36,095 nucleotides of DNA from Candidatus Azambacteria bacterium GW2011_GWA2_42_9 (GCA_000994805.1 LCEQ01000003.1:1-36095), one strand, 5' to 3'. Numbered from the stretch's first letter, positions 18,121 through 26,503 are shown. Numbers and translations are program-made. The notes: generated by a model from the sequence alone, not told the origin.

Positions 18121-18150
18121 AAAAATCCCCCGCCACGGCGGGGGATTTTT
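18121..18150. terminator. Bidirectional terminator between 6S RNA and tRNA-Pro
   Basis: AAAAATCCCCCGCC-AC-GGCGGGGGATTTTT, perfect stem with A/T tails. Confidence 0.9.
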
Positions 18151-18162
18151 GGTTTGCTCCCT

Positions 18163-18233
18163 TCGGGGTGCCGAGAATCGAACTCGGACTACATGCACCC
18201 CATGCATGCGTACTACCACTATACTACACCCCG
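18163..18233 (-). tRNA. tRNA-Pro(GGG), CCA not encoded
   Basis: Acceptor CGGGGTG/CACCCCG, anticodon arm CATGC-AT GGG GT-GCATG, T-loop GTTCGATTC. Confidence 0.95.
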
Positions 18234-18235
18234 TT

Positions 18236-18430
18236 TTATTTCTTGGGTTTAGCCATTGCCTTGATGCACTTGGTGCAGGCCTTTATTCTTGTTTTTTCAG
18301 AAGCTAAAAGTACCCATTGAAGATTGGGATATTTTCTTTTTTTAGCGGCGGGGTTATACTTACCGCGGAGTTTGTTTCGCGGCGTAAGAAGCATTGAGCT
18401 CTTGCCGCAAATCTCGCAAATTTTAGACAT
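18236..18430 (-). CDS. rpmB: 50S ribosomal protein L28
   Basis: MSKICEICGK, KRKYPNLQ, IKACTKCIK (Zn-binding bL28). Confidence 0.93.
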   Translation of the reverse strand: MSKICEICGKSSMLLTPRNKLRGKYNPAAKKRKYPNLQWVLLASEKTRIKACTKCIKAMAKPKK

Positions 18431-18468
18431 AGTTTCTTTTTTCTACCATAAATTTTAAATTTAAGCAA

Positions 18469-19107
18469 ATGGAATCAATTTTATTTTTTATTTTTGCTTT
18501 ATTAGTTTTGCTGTTTTCGGCGATTATTCACGAGGTAAGCCACGGATTTTCGGCCAAGGCTCAGGGCGACAGTACCGCCGAAGCGGCCGGCCGCTTAACT
18601 TTAAATCCTTTGCCGCACCTTGATCCTTTCGGCTCAATACTTCTGCCGCTCATTTTGGCGTTGCCGGCGCTTTTCGGGGCGCCGGTTATAATAATCGGCT
18701 GGGCCAAACCGGTGCCCTTTAATCCAAATAACTTAAAAAATAAAAAATGGGGGCCGGCCTTGGTGGCTTTAGCCGGCCCCGCTGCCAACATTGTTTTGGC
18801 GATTATTTTTGGTCTCGTAATAAGATTTTTTAGTATTTCTTTTTTGCCGGCGCTCGGGCTTTTTTTGGCGATTATTGTATGGATAAATCTTCTTTTGGCG
18901 ATTTTTAATCTAATTCCGATTCCACCACTTGACGGCTCAAAAATTTTATTCGCCCTATTCCCTTATTCTTGGCGAGACATTGAGGTTTGGCTTGAGCGAT
19001 ATGGCTTTATTCTGATTTTACTTTTTATTTTTTTCGGATTTAACCTTATTTTACCGGTTATTTTCTTTTTTTTCCGGTTAATCACCGGCCAGTCCTTTCT
19101 ATTTTAA
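18469..19107 (+). CDS. Site-2 protease (M50 family)
   Basis: HEVSH, GRLTLNP, GWAKPVP, AGP..N, FNLIPIPPLDGS. Confidence 0.95.
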   Translation: MESILFFIFALLVLLFSAIIHEVSHGFSAKAQGDSTAEAAGRLTLNPLPHLDPFGSILLPLILALPALFGAPVIIIGWAKPVPFNPNNLKNKKWGPALVALAGPAANIVLAIIFGLVIRFFSISFLPALGLFLAIIVWINLLLAIFNLIPIPPLDGSKILFALFPYSWRDIEVWLERYGFILILLFIFFGFNLILPVIFFFFRLITGQSFLF

Positions 19108-19111
19108 AAAC

Positions 19112-19140
19112 TTGACCAAATTGGCTGGTTAGGGTAGCAT
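19112..19140 (+). promoter_or_regulatory. Sigma70-like promoter followed by a 5'-UTR hairpin (19152-19179)
   Basis: TTGACC-N17-TAGCAT. Hairpin AAGGATCTCTGCT-AA-GGCGGGGATCTTT. Confidence 0.45.
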
Positions 19141-19194
19141 TAAAGGTACAACAAGGATCTCTGCTAAGGCGGGGATCTTTTGTTTAACCTAAAT

Positions 19195-19662
19195 ATGAGT
19201 AAAACATCAAAATTTGTGATAATTGTGCTGATTTTGGCTCTAAATGGGCCCGTTCAGGAGGTTGCCAACGCTTGGACCGTAAATGACATTCTTTCTTTTA
19301 TGAATAGGCCTGAAGCCGCAGGCTTTTATCTCATGGCCGGCGACTCAATTATGACGGTAAACATTCCTGCGCTGAAAATTGCGAAGGTGGTTCTGACGGC
19401 TTATTCTTCAACGCCCGACCAAACCGACTCAACGCCGTTTATCACGGCTCTTGGCACGCGGACGCGCGACGGCGTGATTGCCGCAAACTTTTTAGCCTTC
19501 GGGACTAAAGTTCAAATTCCGGAAATTTTCGGGGACAAGGTCTTTACCGTTGAAGACCGGATGGCAAAAAAACATGATGACAAAATTGATATTTGGTTTC
19601 CCGAAAGGCGATTAGCCAAAAAATTTGGCATCCAAGAAGCGGAAGTAATAATTCTTGATTAA
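19195..19662 (+). CDS. Secreted 3D-domain protein (double-psi beta-barrel, lytic-transglycosylase-like)
   Basis: Signal peptide, then LTAYSS...DSTPFITA.G, IAANFL.FGTKV, VEDRM, IDIW. Confidence 0.85.
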   Translation: MSKTSKFVIIVLILALNGPVQEVANAWTVNDILSFMNRPEAAGFYLMAGDSIMTVNIPALKIAKVVLTAYSSTPDQTDSTPFITALGTRTRDGVIAANFLAFGTKVQIPEIFGDKVFTVEDRMAKKHDDKIDIWFPERRLAKKFGIQEAEVIILD

Positions 19663-19747
19663 TGGGCGAGGCGAGAGTCGAACTCGCACGAGGTATTACC
19701 CTCAAAGGATTTTAAGTCCTTCGTGTCTACCATTCCACCACTCGCCC
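19663..19747 (-). tRNA. tRNA-Leu(TAA), CCA not encoded
   Basis: Acceptor GGGCGAG/CTCGCCC, anticodon arm AAGGA-CT TAA AA-TCCTT, long variable arm. Confidence 0.95.
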
Positions 19748-19749
19748 CA

Positions 19750-19821
19750 AGGCGTGGGCGGGAATCGAACCCGCGTATAAGGGTTTTGCAGACCCTTGCC
19801 TTGCCACTTGGCTACCACGCC
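19750..19821 (-). tRNA. tRNA-Cys(GCA), CCA not encoded
   Basis: Acceptor GGCGTGG/CCACGCC, U discriminator, anticodon arm AGGGT-CT GCA AA-ACCCT. Confidence 0.95.
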
Positions 19822-20790
19822 CTATTTTTTACTCGCATATTTTGCCACGGCTTTTAGCGCTCCGTCAATCGTGCCTTTGAATCTAAAACCAGCCGCGAAT
19901 TTATGGCCGCCGCCGTCAATTTTCATCGCAAGCCGCGCAACGTTGTAATTTTTATCGGACCGGCTTCTTAATCTTCCGCGGATTCTATTTCTGCTCTCTT
20001 TAATCAGAAGAAGCGCGAAACGGCCCTCTTTTAAATTTCTCAACCATTCAATAACAATATTTCCGACATCGTCAATCATTAAATGATGAATATTTAATTC
20101 TTTCCTTTTCAACCACGAATAAACAAAATCACCCTTAACTGCGTGTTTGGCGCGATTTAAAATCTTACCGGAAAGCTTTATCGCGGCTATTTTTACTCGG
20201 CCGTTTACAATGTTATCAATTTTATCAGGCCTTACACCGAAGCGCATTAAATCAACAATAACTTCAAGTGGTTTTTTAACTTTTACATATTTGAAAAATC
20301 CCGTGTCGGTTAAAATTCCGACTGCCAATGCCTCAGCGATTTTTTTATCAATTTTAAATCCCATAGCCTTGAAATAATCGTATAACAATTCGCAGGTGGC
20401 GGAGCTTTCGGGACCGATAATACCGAAGTCGGCATCCTGGTCGGCAAACAAATGATGGTCAAAAACCAAAAGCGGCGTTTTGGGGTGTTTTTTAAAATAA
20501 CCTTCAAGCCCCAACTGGCTCTTTGTCCCGTAATCGAGGCCGATAATCAAATCGTAAGCAATTTTCGGGTGTTTTGATTTTATCCGCGGCGCGCCAGGAA
20601 TAAATTTAAGCGATTCCGGAACGCCGGAAACACACAAAAGATAATGCGGTTTTTTTATTTTCTTCAGATAAAAGCCCAGAGCCGTTAAAGAACCAATAGC
20701 GTCGCCGTCGGGTCCCTGATGAGTTGCTACCAAAATCCGCTTGGCTTTTTTGATTATTTTTTCTATTTCTTTAAAATTTAAATTACGCAT
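19822..20790 (-). CDS. nrnA: DHH/DHHA1 phosphoesterase (NrnA-like nanoRNase/pAp phosphatase)
   Basis: THQGPDGDAIGS, LDY, FDHH, SATCE, TDTGFF, GGGHKFAAG. Located in the infB-rbfA operon. Confidence 0.9.
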   Translation of the reverse strand: MRNLNFKEIEKIIKKAKRILVATHQGPDGDAIGSLTALGFYLKKIKKPHYLLCVSGVPESLKFIPGAPRIKSKHPKIAYDLIIGLDYGTKSQLGLEGYFKKHPKTPLLVFDHHLFADQDADFGIIGPESSATCELLYDYFKAMGFKIDKKIAEALAVGILTDTGFFKYVKVKKPLEVIVDLMRFGVRPDKIDNIVNGRVKIAAIKLSGKILNRAKHAVKGDFVYSWLKRKELNIHHLMIDDVGNIVIEWLRNLKEGRFALLLIKESRNRIRGRLRSRSDKNYNVARLAMKIDGGGHKFAAGFRFKGTIDGALKAVAKYASKK

Positions 20791-20791
20791 G

Positions 20792-21133
20792 TTATCTCTT
20801 CTGTACTTTTTTGATTAACTTCTCTACTTCTGAAGCCTCTTCCGGATTCTTGTCGTGTTTAAAAATTATTTTCGGCACCGGCCTGACTTTAAAATTTTTA
20901 TTTAATTCCTGCTGGATTTTCCAGATTGATTTATTCAATTTTTCCAATATTTTTTTAGCAAAATCCGACGGATAAACGCTGATATAAATTTCACTTTCAA
21001 ATAAGTTCGGCGCGGTGATAACGCGAGTGATGGTTACCAAAATTCCGGGTTCGGTTTCTAAAAATTCAAATAAGATTTTTCCAAGCTCTTTTTTAATAAG
21101 TTCGTCGAACTTAAGCGCTCTTTCTTTAGTCAT
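20792..21133 (-). CDS. rbfA: Ribosome-binding factor A
   Basis: ELIKKELGKIL, LVTITRV, IYISV, RPVPKIIFKHD. Directly after infB. Confidence 0.9.
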   Translation of the reverse strand: MTKERALKFDELIKKELGKILFEFLETEPGILVTITRVITAPNLFESEIYISVYPSDFAKKILEKLNKSIWKIQQELNKNFKVRPVPKIIFKHDKNPEEASEVEKLIKKVQKR

Positions 21134-22641
21134 GGCAGTTTTCTAAAAAGCATGAGGATATCGCCGATGGCGATTTTTGGATCTCCGAAGTCAATTTCAA
21201 GGCCAGCTTCTTTTCCCGCTTCAATTTTACCCACCTCCTTTTTTTCCGATTGCAGGCCGGCAATTCGCCCTTGTCCCATTATTATATCATTTCTTATGAT
21301 TTCAAACCTTGATCCCTTGACGATTTCTCCCGAAATTACTTTACCTCCGACAACTTGGCGGTTTTTTTCCTGCCGGAAAATCGCGAGAACTTGCAAACGC
21401 CCGGTTTCCTCCCGCGTTGTTTTTGGCTTTAATTTTTCTTTGATAATCGCCTCGGCTTTGTCTAAAACATCATAGATTATGTTTCCGGAAATCACCGGAA
21501 TTTTTTCTTTTTCGGTTCCAAAAATTGCCGTTTCGATTTTAACATTAAAGGCGATTATTAAAGCGTCGCCAATAATCGCCGTTTTAAAATCGCTTTCAAT
21601 AACATTGCCAACCTCGGCTTTTAAAACTTTTATCGCGGCGTTTTCTCCCCCTTCGGGGGATCCCCCGAAGGGGGAGAATTGCATTTTTTCAAAACTTTCT
21701 TTTAACGCTTCAACCGAACTTTGAACATCGCCTTTTATTATCAAATGAACGTAATTTGATTTTTCCTCGGTTGACTCAACCGATTTTTCTATCAGTTCCC
21801 CGATTTTTTTAGCGACCTTGAGCGTAACGGTGAAGGGGATTTTTTCTGTAATGAATTTATCGCCGATTAAGGGCAGTTCGTTAAAACCGACAACAAGAAC
21901 CGGCGAAGAAAATGCCGCTTTTTTAATGGGGTTTCCTAAAAAGTTCTCCAGGATTTTTATTTTTCCCGTCGCTGTGCCGCTTAATATGTAATCGCCGGTT
22001 TCCATGGTGCCGTCCAGTATTAAAAGCGAAGCGACAAAACCGCGGCGCGAATCCAAATTTGTTTCAATAACAACGCCTTCAGCGGATTTATCGGGGTTTC
22101 CCTTTAACTCGCCAAGATCGGCCAAAAGCTCTATTAAATCCAAAAGTTCTCCAACATTGGTTCCCGGCTTGGCCGCGATTTCAACCGAAGGAATTTTGCC
22201 GCCCCACGATTCAACCAGAACATCGTGCTCGGCCAGTTCTTTTTTAACACGCTCCGGGCTGGATTCGGGCTTATCAATTTTATTGATAGCGACAATAAAA
22301 GGAAGCTCCGCGCTCTTTATATGTTCCAGCGCTTCCAGTGTCTGGGGCTTTACGCCGTCATCGGCGGCCACAACCAAAACGGCGATGTCTGCGGCTTTAG
22401 CACCGCGCGCTCGCAGTTTTGAAAACGCTTCATGTCCCGGCGTGTCTAGGAAAGTAATCTTTTTGTTTTTATGGATAATTTCATAAGCGCCGATATGCTG
22501 GGTGATGCCGCCGGCTTCGCCTTCGGCGACGCTGGTTTTCCTGATATAGTCTAAGAGTTTGGTTTTGCCATGGTCAACGTGGCCCATCACGACAACAACG
22601 GGCGGCCGGGGGATTAAGTTATTATTTTTTTGTTCTGCCAT
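21130..22641 (-). CDS. infB: Translation initiation factor IF-2 (short form, no N-terminal extension)
   Basis: RPPVVVVMGHVDHGKT, GGITQHIGA, DTPGHEAF, NKID. Confidence 0.97.
   Translation of the reverse strand: MAEQKNNNLIPRPPVVVVMGHVDHGKTKLLDYIRKTSVAEGEAGGITQHIGAYEIIHKNKKITFLDTPGHEAFSKLRARGAKAADIAVLVVAADDGVKPQTLEALEHIKSAELPFIVAINKIDKPESSPERVKKELAEHDVLVESWGGKIPSVEIAAKPGTNVGELLDLIELLADLGELKGNPDKSAEGVVIETNLDSRRGFVASLLILDGTMETGDYILSGTATGKIKILENFLGNPIKKAAFSSPVLVVGFNELPLIGDKFITEKIPFTVTLKVAKKIGELIEKSVESTEEKSNYVHLIIKGDVQSSVEALKESFEKMQFSPFGGSPEGGENAAIKVLKAEVGNVIESDFKTAIIGDALIIAFNVKIETAIFGTEKEKIPVISGNIIYDVLDKAEAIIKEKLKPKTTREETGRLQVLAIFRQEKNRQVVGGKVISGEIVKGSRFEIIRNDIIMGQGRIAGLQSEKKEVGKIEAGKEAGLEIDFGDPKIAIGDILMLFRKLP
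21643..21678. repeat. Double-hairpin palindromic element (family A), in frame in IF2
   Basis: Perfect 36-bp palindrome TTCTCCCCCTTCGGGGGA|TCCCCCGAAGGGGGAGAA, read as FSPFGGSPEGGE. Confidence 0.9.
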
Positions 22642-22682
22642 AACCCGAAAATTTTACAACAAAAATTTAAATTTAGCAAACT

Positions 22683-22724
22683 AAATTGACTATTATCATC
22701 CGATCGGCTGATAATGGTCAATTT
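22683..22724. repeat. ~40-bp imperfect palindrome downstream of the PaaX-like gene
   Basis: AAATTGACTATTATCA-TCCGATCGGC-TGATAATGGTCAATTT. Confidence 0.85.
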
Positions 22725-23292
22725 ACAGTAAATTAAATTTGTTTTTTAGATCTAGTTCTGTATCTACGCTCTTCACCTTTAAAAATCTCACATAAGGCGC
22801 GAGTTCAAATATTTCGGTAATGAAATCAATTTCAGCTTTACATTCGTATGGATGAATAAATACGCTTTTCTGCATCGGATAAAATCCAAGCTCTTTTAGT
22901 TTAGCCGCCAGCGCTTTTCTCCCGGGACTTTTATCTTCGGGGATATCAAAAATCACTAAACGCCACAACTTGTCCCATCTTATCGGCTTTTTAATCTCTA
23001 TTTTATCTAAATTATATTTCAAAATTTTATTTTTCCCGTTTTCACTTAAAACAAGTTTGACAGTACCGTCTTTGTTTTCTTTATAATCAATCAACTTAGA
23101 TTGATATAGTCTTTTGATTGACCTTCTAAGGCTTAGTTCGTTTATTTTCTTCCACTCTTTGGCAATCTTTTTTACCACTCTAAAATAAACATCCGGTCGG
23201 TGTGTCAATGACAAGGTTAACCCACCCACTAAGAGTAATAAAATTTTCTTTTGCATTGGTCCTAATTCTCTCATCGTTTTTGATATTATCAT
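22723..23292 (-). CDS. PaaX-like protein (winged HTH plus Cas2-like ferredoxin domain)
   Basis: LRRSIKRLYQSKLI..LSENG (wHTH), WDKLWRLVIFDIPE, LKELGFYPMQKSVF. True start may be 23274. Confidence 0.85.
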   Translation of the reverse strand: MIISKTMRELGPMQKKILLLLVGGLTLSLTHRPDVYFRVVKKIAKEWKKINELSLRRSIKRLYQSKLIDYKENKDGTVKLVLSENGKNKILKYNLDKIEIKKPIRWDKLWRLVIFDIPEDKSPGRKALAAKLKELGFYPMQKSVFIHPYECKAEIDFITEIFELAPYVRFLKVKSVDTELDLKNKFNLL

Positions 23293-23295
23293 AAC

Positions 23296-23335
23296 AAATG
23301 ACTGTTATCAACCGATCGGCTCATAACGGTCATTT
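23296..23335. repeat. ~40-bp imperfect palindrome upstream of the PaaX-like gene
   Basis: AAATGACTGTTATCA-ACCGATCGGC-TCATAACGGTCATTT, a direct repeat of 22683..22724. Confidence 0.85.
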
Positions 23336-23420
23336 TAATTTTGAACATAATATTTGAACATAATGGTTGTTTTAATTTTAAAACCGCTATTTTTCAAGCG
23401 GTCATGGTTCCCAATTAAAA

Positions 23421-23507
23421 CGGAAGGTGGAGGATTCGAACCTCCGAGGGGATTTCTCCCCAACCGCATTTCAAGTGCGGCGCATTAGACCGCTCTGCCA
23501 ACCTTCC
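23421..23507 (-). tRNA. tRNA-Ser(TGA), CCA not encoded
   Basis: Acceptor GGAAGGT/ACCTTCC, G discriminator, CCGCA-CT TGA AA-TGCGG, long variable arm. TATAAT upstream at 23525-23520. Confidence 0.95.
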
Positions 23508-23581
23508 ATTTCCCCGAGTATTATAAGGCTTTTCGGGCTATCTGAACAGAGCCGAACTCAAATTAATAGCTTTGCGTCACT

Positions 23582-23919
23582 TCACTTATTCTGAGCTTGT
23601 TTTTCCTGTCTCCATTTATTATACGCGTATTCAATTTGATCCATGTGCACCTCATCAATTTCAGACAATTCCGGGAAAACGTTTCGTGCTTTTTCTTCCG
23701 CCATTAAAATTACACTCTTTTTTGTTTCTTCGTCCGGGTAAGAAATTTCGTGAACGATTGAATAGAGACATTCTTTCGCTAAATCAGGATCAATCCAATT
23801 TGGATCATCTAAAACTTCGACTATCTGTTTCGCGATTTCCCAATCTTCAAGCCCCTCGGACTCTTTTTCGTGTATTTTCAGGTAAGCGTTTTCAAGCGGA
23901 GAACGTTTGATTTTTCCAT
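23582..23919 (-). CDS. Acidic helical hypothetical protein, currently read as a C-terminal extension of MurD
   Basis: About 112 residues beyond the normal MurD end. ATG at 23919 would be in frame (MEKIKRSPLE...) if the A5 run at 23911-23915 had one more base. Confidence 0.5.
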
Positions 23920-23929
23920 GCTCCTGATT

Positions 23930-25190
23930 AAAAACTCGATTGATTATTTTATTAAACTGTCTTCCTCTGTCAAATTCGTTTTTAAATTTTTCAAAACTGG
24001 CAGCGGCAGGAGAAAAAATTACAGTACCCCAATGAGATTCCTTAGCCACGCCGGTAAGGATTGCGTTAAGCGAATTGAAAATTCGAATATCTTTCGGTTT
24101 ACAATAATTATTTTTATTAAGTTCATTAATAAGTTTTAATGTGGCGTTGCCTTCTAGTAGAAGAAGATTTTCCGGCTTTACGCAAGTTTTTATTTTTTTA
24201 GCCAGACCGGAAAAATCCAAGCATTTATCCGCCCCGCCGGTTATTAAGGTCAATTCATCTTTCCCGCCAAATCTCTCAAGCGCCGCGATTGTCGCGTCGG
24301 GGCTTGTTGAGGCCGAATCATTTATTATTTCAAGATTTTTTCCTTTAAAAACAAGTTCTTGTCTGAAAGATGGCTGGGGCAGAGATTTTATTTTTTTTAT
24401 CAATTCTTTCCACGGCTTTCCGTAAAGATGGGCCCCTAAAAGAGCGGCTAAAAGATTGTATTTCTGATGGCTCGCCAGATTTTTAATCTCATGAACTAGT
24501 TTTTTTTGAGAATCATTATTAAAATAAATTTTATTACCGATAAAGTACAAACCACTTTTATTAGCCGGCAATTTTTTCAATGACAAATAATAAATTTTTG
24601 GTTTTGGTTTTTTTTCTAAAAATTCTTTCGTGTATTCGTTATCCGCGTTTAGAATTAAATAGTCATTTTTCGTCTGATTAAGAAAGATTTTAGCTTTTTG
24701 TTCCAAATATTTATTAAAGTTGCCGTAGCGATTCAAGTGGTCGTTGTACAAATTCATTATAACCGCGACTTTCGGTGGCTTGGCGCTTCTTTTTAAAAAT
24801 TCCAGTTCAAAAGATGATAATTCCAAAACAAATGGCCATTCTTTGTTTTCCAAAATAGTGAAAAATCCTTTGCCCGGTATATTGCCGCCCAACATTTTCT
24901 ATCGGTTTCTTATATCTTTTTGCCAGTTTCGCCCAACGGCTGAAAATACTGACGGCCGGATTAAAAACGATAATGTCATTTTTCTTAAAATCCGCTTCGC
25001 GGTGCTTTCCCAAAACAAATTCAATTTTATTATTTCCCAATCTTTTAATAACAGGTTCCAAAATTTTCCGCTTTCTTAAATCGGTGATGGTCAGTTTAGA
25101 TTTTTGGGCAAGAAGAAACTTAGCGAGCGCCTCGCCCCCTCCCAAAATTCCGAGTCCTACCAATAAAATTTTTTTGTTTCGCAAATTCAT
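23930..25190 (-). pseudogene. murD: MurD (UDP-MurNAc-L-Ala--D-Glu ligase) disrupted by an internal deletion and frameshift
   Basis: N-fragment KILLVGLGILGGG...NPAV...KPIEN joins out of frame near 24895 to LGGNIP..VLELSSFEL..NLYNDHLNRY..NDSAST..GGADK..SPAAASF..RG..F. The GxxGKT/S P-loop is absent from both frames. Confidence 0.85.
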
Positions 25191-25192
25191 GC

Positions 25193-25284
25193 TGGCGGAG
25201 AGTACAGGATTCGAACCTGTGCGGGGTTTTTTAGACCCCCGCGGTTTAGCAAACCGCTGCCTTAAGCCGCTCGGCCAACTCTCC
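25193..25284 (-). tRNA. tRNA-Ser(GCT), CCA encoded
   Basis: Acceptor GGAGAGT/ACTCTCC-G-CCA, GCGGT-TT GCT AA-ACCGC, long variable arm. Promoter TTTACA-N17-TAAAAT (25325-25297). Confidence 0.95.
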
Positions 25285-25409
25285 AAGAATGCCGCTATTT
25301 TACATAAAAAACGGCGGTTTGTAAATAAAATTTTAAAGTTGACAGAATTCTTTTATTGGCGTATACCGCAAACATATAGTACTTTAATTTTCTTAGGGAG
25401 GGCTTGAAA

Positions 25410-25931
25410 ATGAGGAAAATCGGAGCATTGATAATGGCGGTTGTTTTTATTCTTCCCGGATGCGCCACTTTTGATAATCAGAAATTTGGAAATAAATTTT
25501 TTTCTGAAGAGATTGTTTGGAAAGAATTCAGCGCCAATATCCGCGTTTGGCTTAAAGACGGAATTAACCTTCTTAAGTCCGACGACTTGATTTCAAAATT
25601 TGGCGGGCCGGTAACGACGATCCAATTTTTGGAAGGCGTTGCCCTGGAGTGGGAATATAGAGAAATTTATAAGAAAAAAATTGATTATATTATCGGCCAG
25701 TCCCAGAGTTCGATTGAAAACATGTATGTGTTAATGGCGGTATTTAATGACGCCGATAAACTTTCAAATTTTTCTATTAGCCAAACCAATCGTGATGGCA
25801 AGGGGCAAATTTGGACCTCAAAGCAAATTATTGAAATGACGGGAGCGGCGGCTTTCATTTATATTGGCGGCCGTTGGATGGGAAGAACAATTGACAGGGC
25901 GGTCATAAAAGGCCGAGAAGCCGCGTCATAA
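25410..25931 (+). CDS. Hypothetical lipoprotein
   Basis: MRKIGALIMAVVFILPGC lipobox, GGGAGGG SD, C-terminal hydrophobic Gly/Ala segment. Confidence 0.75.
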   Translation: MRKIGALIMAVVFILPGCATFDNQKFGNKFFSEEIVWKEFSANIRVWLKDGINLLKSDDLISKFGGPVTTIQFLEGVALEWEYREIYKKKIDYIIGQSQSSIENMYVLMAVFNDADKLSNFSISQTNRDGKGQIWTSKQIIEMTGAAAFIYIGGRWMGRTIDRAVIKGREAAS

Positions 25932-25937
25932 AATTTC

Positions 25938-26014
25938 AAAACTCTTTAAGCCCGCGGGCTTAAAGAGTTTTTTAACAAAAATGAAAATCCCCCGTCCCGC
26001 AGTGCGGGACGGGG
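25938..26014. terminator. Two hairpins between convergent lipoprotein genes
   Basis: Perfect 34-bp palindrome AAAACTCTTTAAGCCCG|CGGGCTTAAAGAGTTTT (25938-25971) and CCCCGTCCCGCA-G-TGCGGGACGGGG (25990-26014). Confidence 0.75.
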
Positions 26015-26038
26015 CTTTGGTTCCGCCGTTTGGTGGTG

Positions 26039-26503
26039 TTACTGATCGTAATAGTAAATTTTCCAAACCCCACCTTCTCGGCGGAGTTTGAAAAGATAGG
26101 AGACTGAACCCGACCAGTCGCGGTCGCCGACGCCACGCTTGATGACGTCTACAATGTAGGAGACCTCGGCGGTATTGCCCGATATCTCCACATTCAGATT
26201 CCGCATCGTGCGGATTCTTGAGGATTTGTCCGCACTCTTCTTTGCGGTATATTGTCGCCAGTAGCTTTCAGCGGTGTGCGACCCGCCGATGTACGACGAC
26301 TTCAAAACAACATCTTTGGTGGTAACAACCATAAACTCAGCAAGGGTTTTGGCCGCGTAGAAAGCGTCTACGGTGGCCATCACCTCTTGTTTTTCAGGCG
26401 GCAAGACCGCCTTCATTTCGTTGTAGGTGGTGGCGCAGCCCGACAGAGCCAGGCCGACCGCAACCGCGATCAGAACTCCAATCAGGAAGTTGGCTCGCTT
26501 CAT
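26039..26503 (-). CDS. Lipoprotein with NTF2/SnoaL-like domain
   Basis: LALSGC lipobox, VDAFYAA, VEISGNTAEVSY, FKLRREGGVWKI. GAGGAGG SD, GC-rich codons. Confidence 0.75.
   Translation of the reverse strand: MKRANFLIGVLIAVAVGLALSGCATTYNEMKAVLPPEKQEVMATVDAFYAAKTLAEFMVVTTKDVVLKSSYIGGSHTAESYWRQYTAKKSADKSSRIRTMRNLNVEISGNTAEVSYIVDVIKRGVGDRDWSGSVSYLFKLRREGGVWKIYYYDQ

Noticed and set aside
17828..18252. Short ORFs 17828..18016, 18013..18219 and 18037..18252
   Set aside because: They overlap the 6S RNA, terminator and tRNA-Pro and have no protein-like features.
21130..22641. Short IF2 as a truncation or pseudogene
   Set aside because: The G domain and C-terminal domains are intact, and the variable N-terminal region is dispensable and often missing in reduced genomes.
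22683..23335. CRISPR-Cas (Cas2-like motif plus palindromic repeats)
   Set aside because: Only two repeats, separated by a whole gene rather than spacers. No cas1 or effector genes. The protein has an N-terminal wHTH like PaaX.
23421..25284. Integrative element between two tRNA-Ser genes
   Set aside because: Both are complete, different isoacceptors rather than att duplications, and there is no integrase.
24807..25286. 159-aa ORF beginning MESWPSG
   Set aside because: Its first 32 codons are the tRNA-Ser(GCT) gene. The real MurD start is at 25190.
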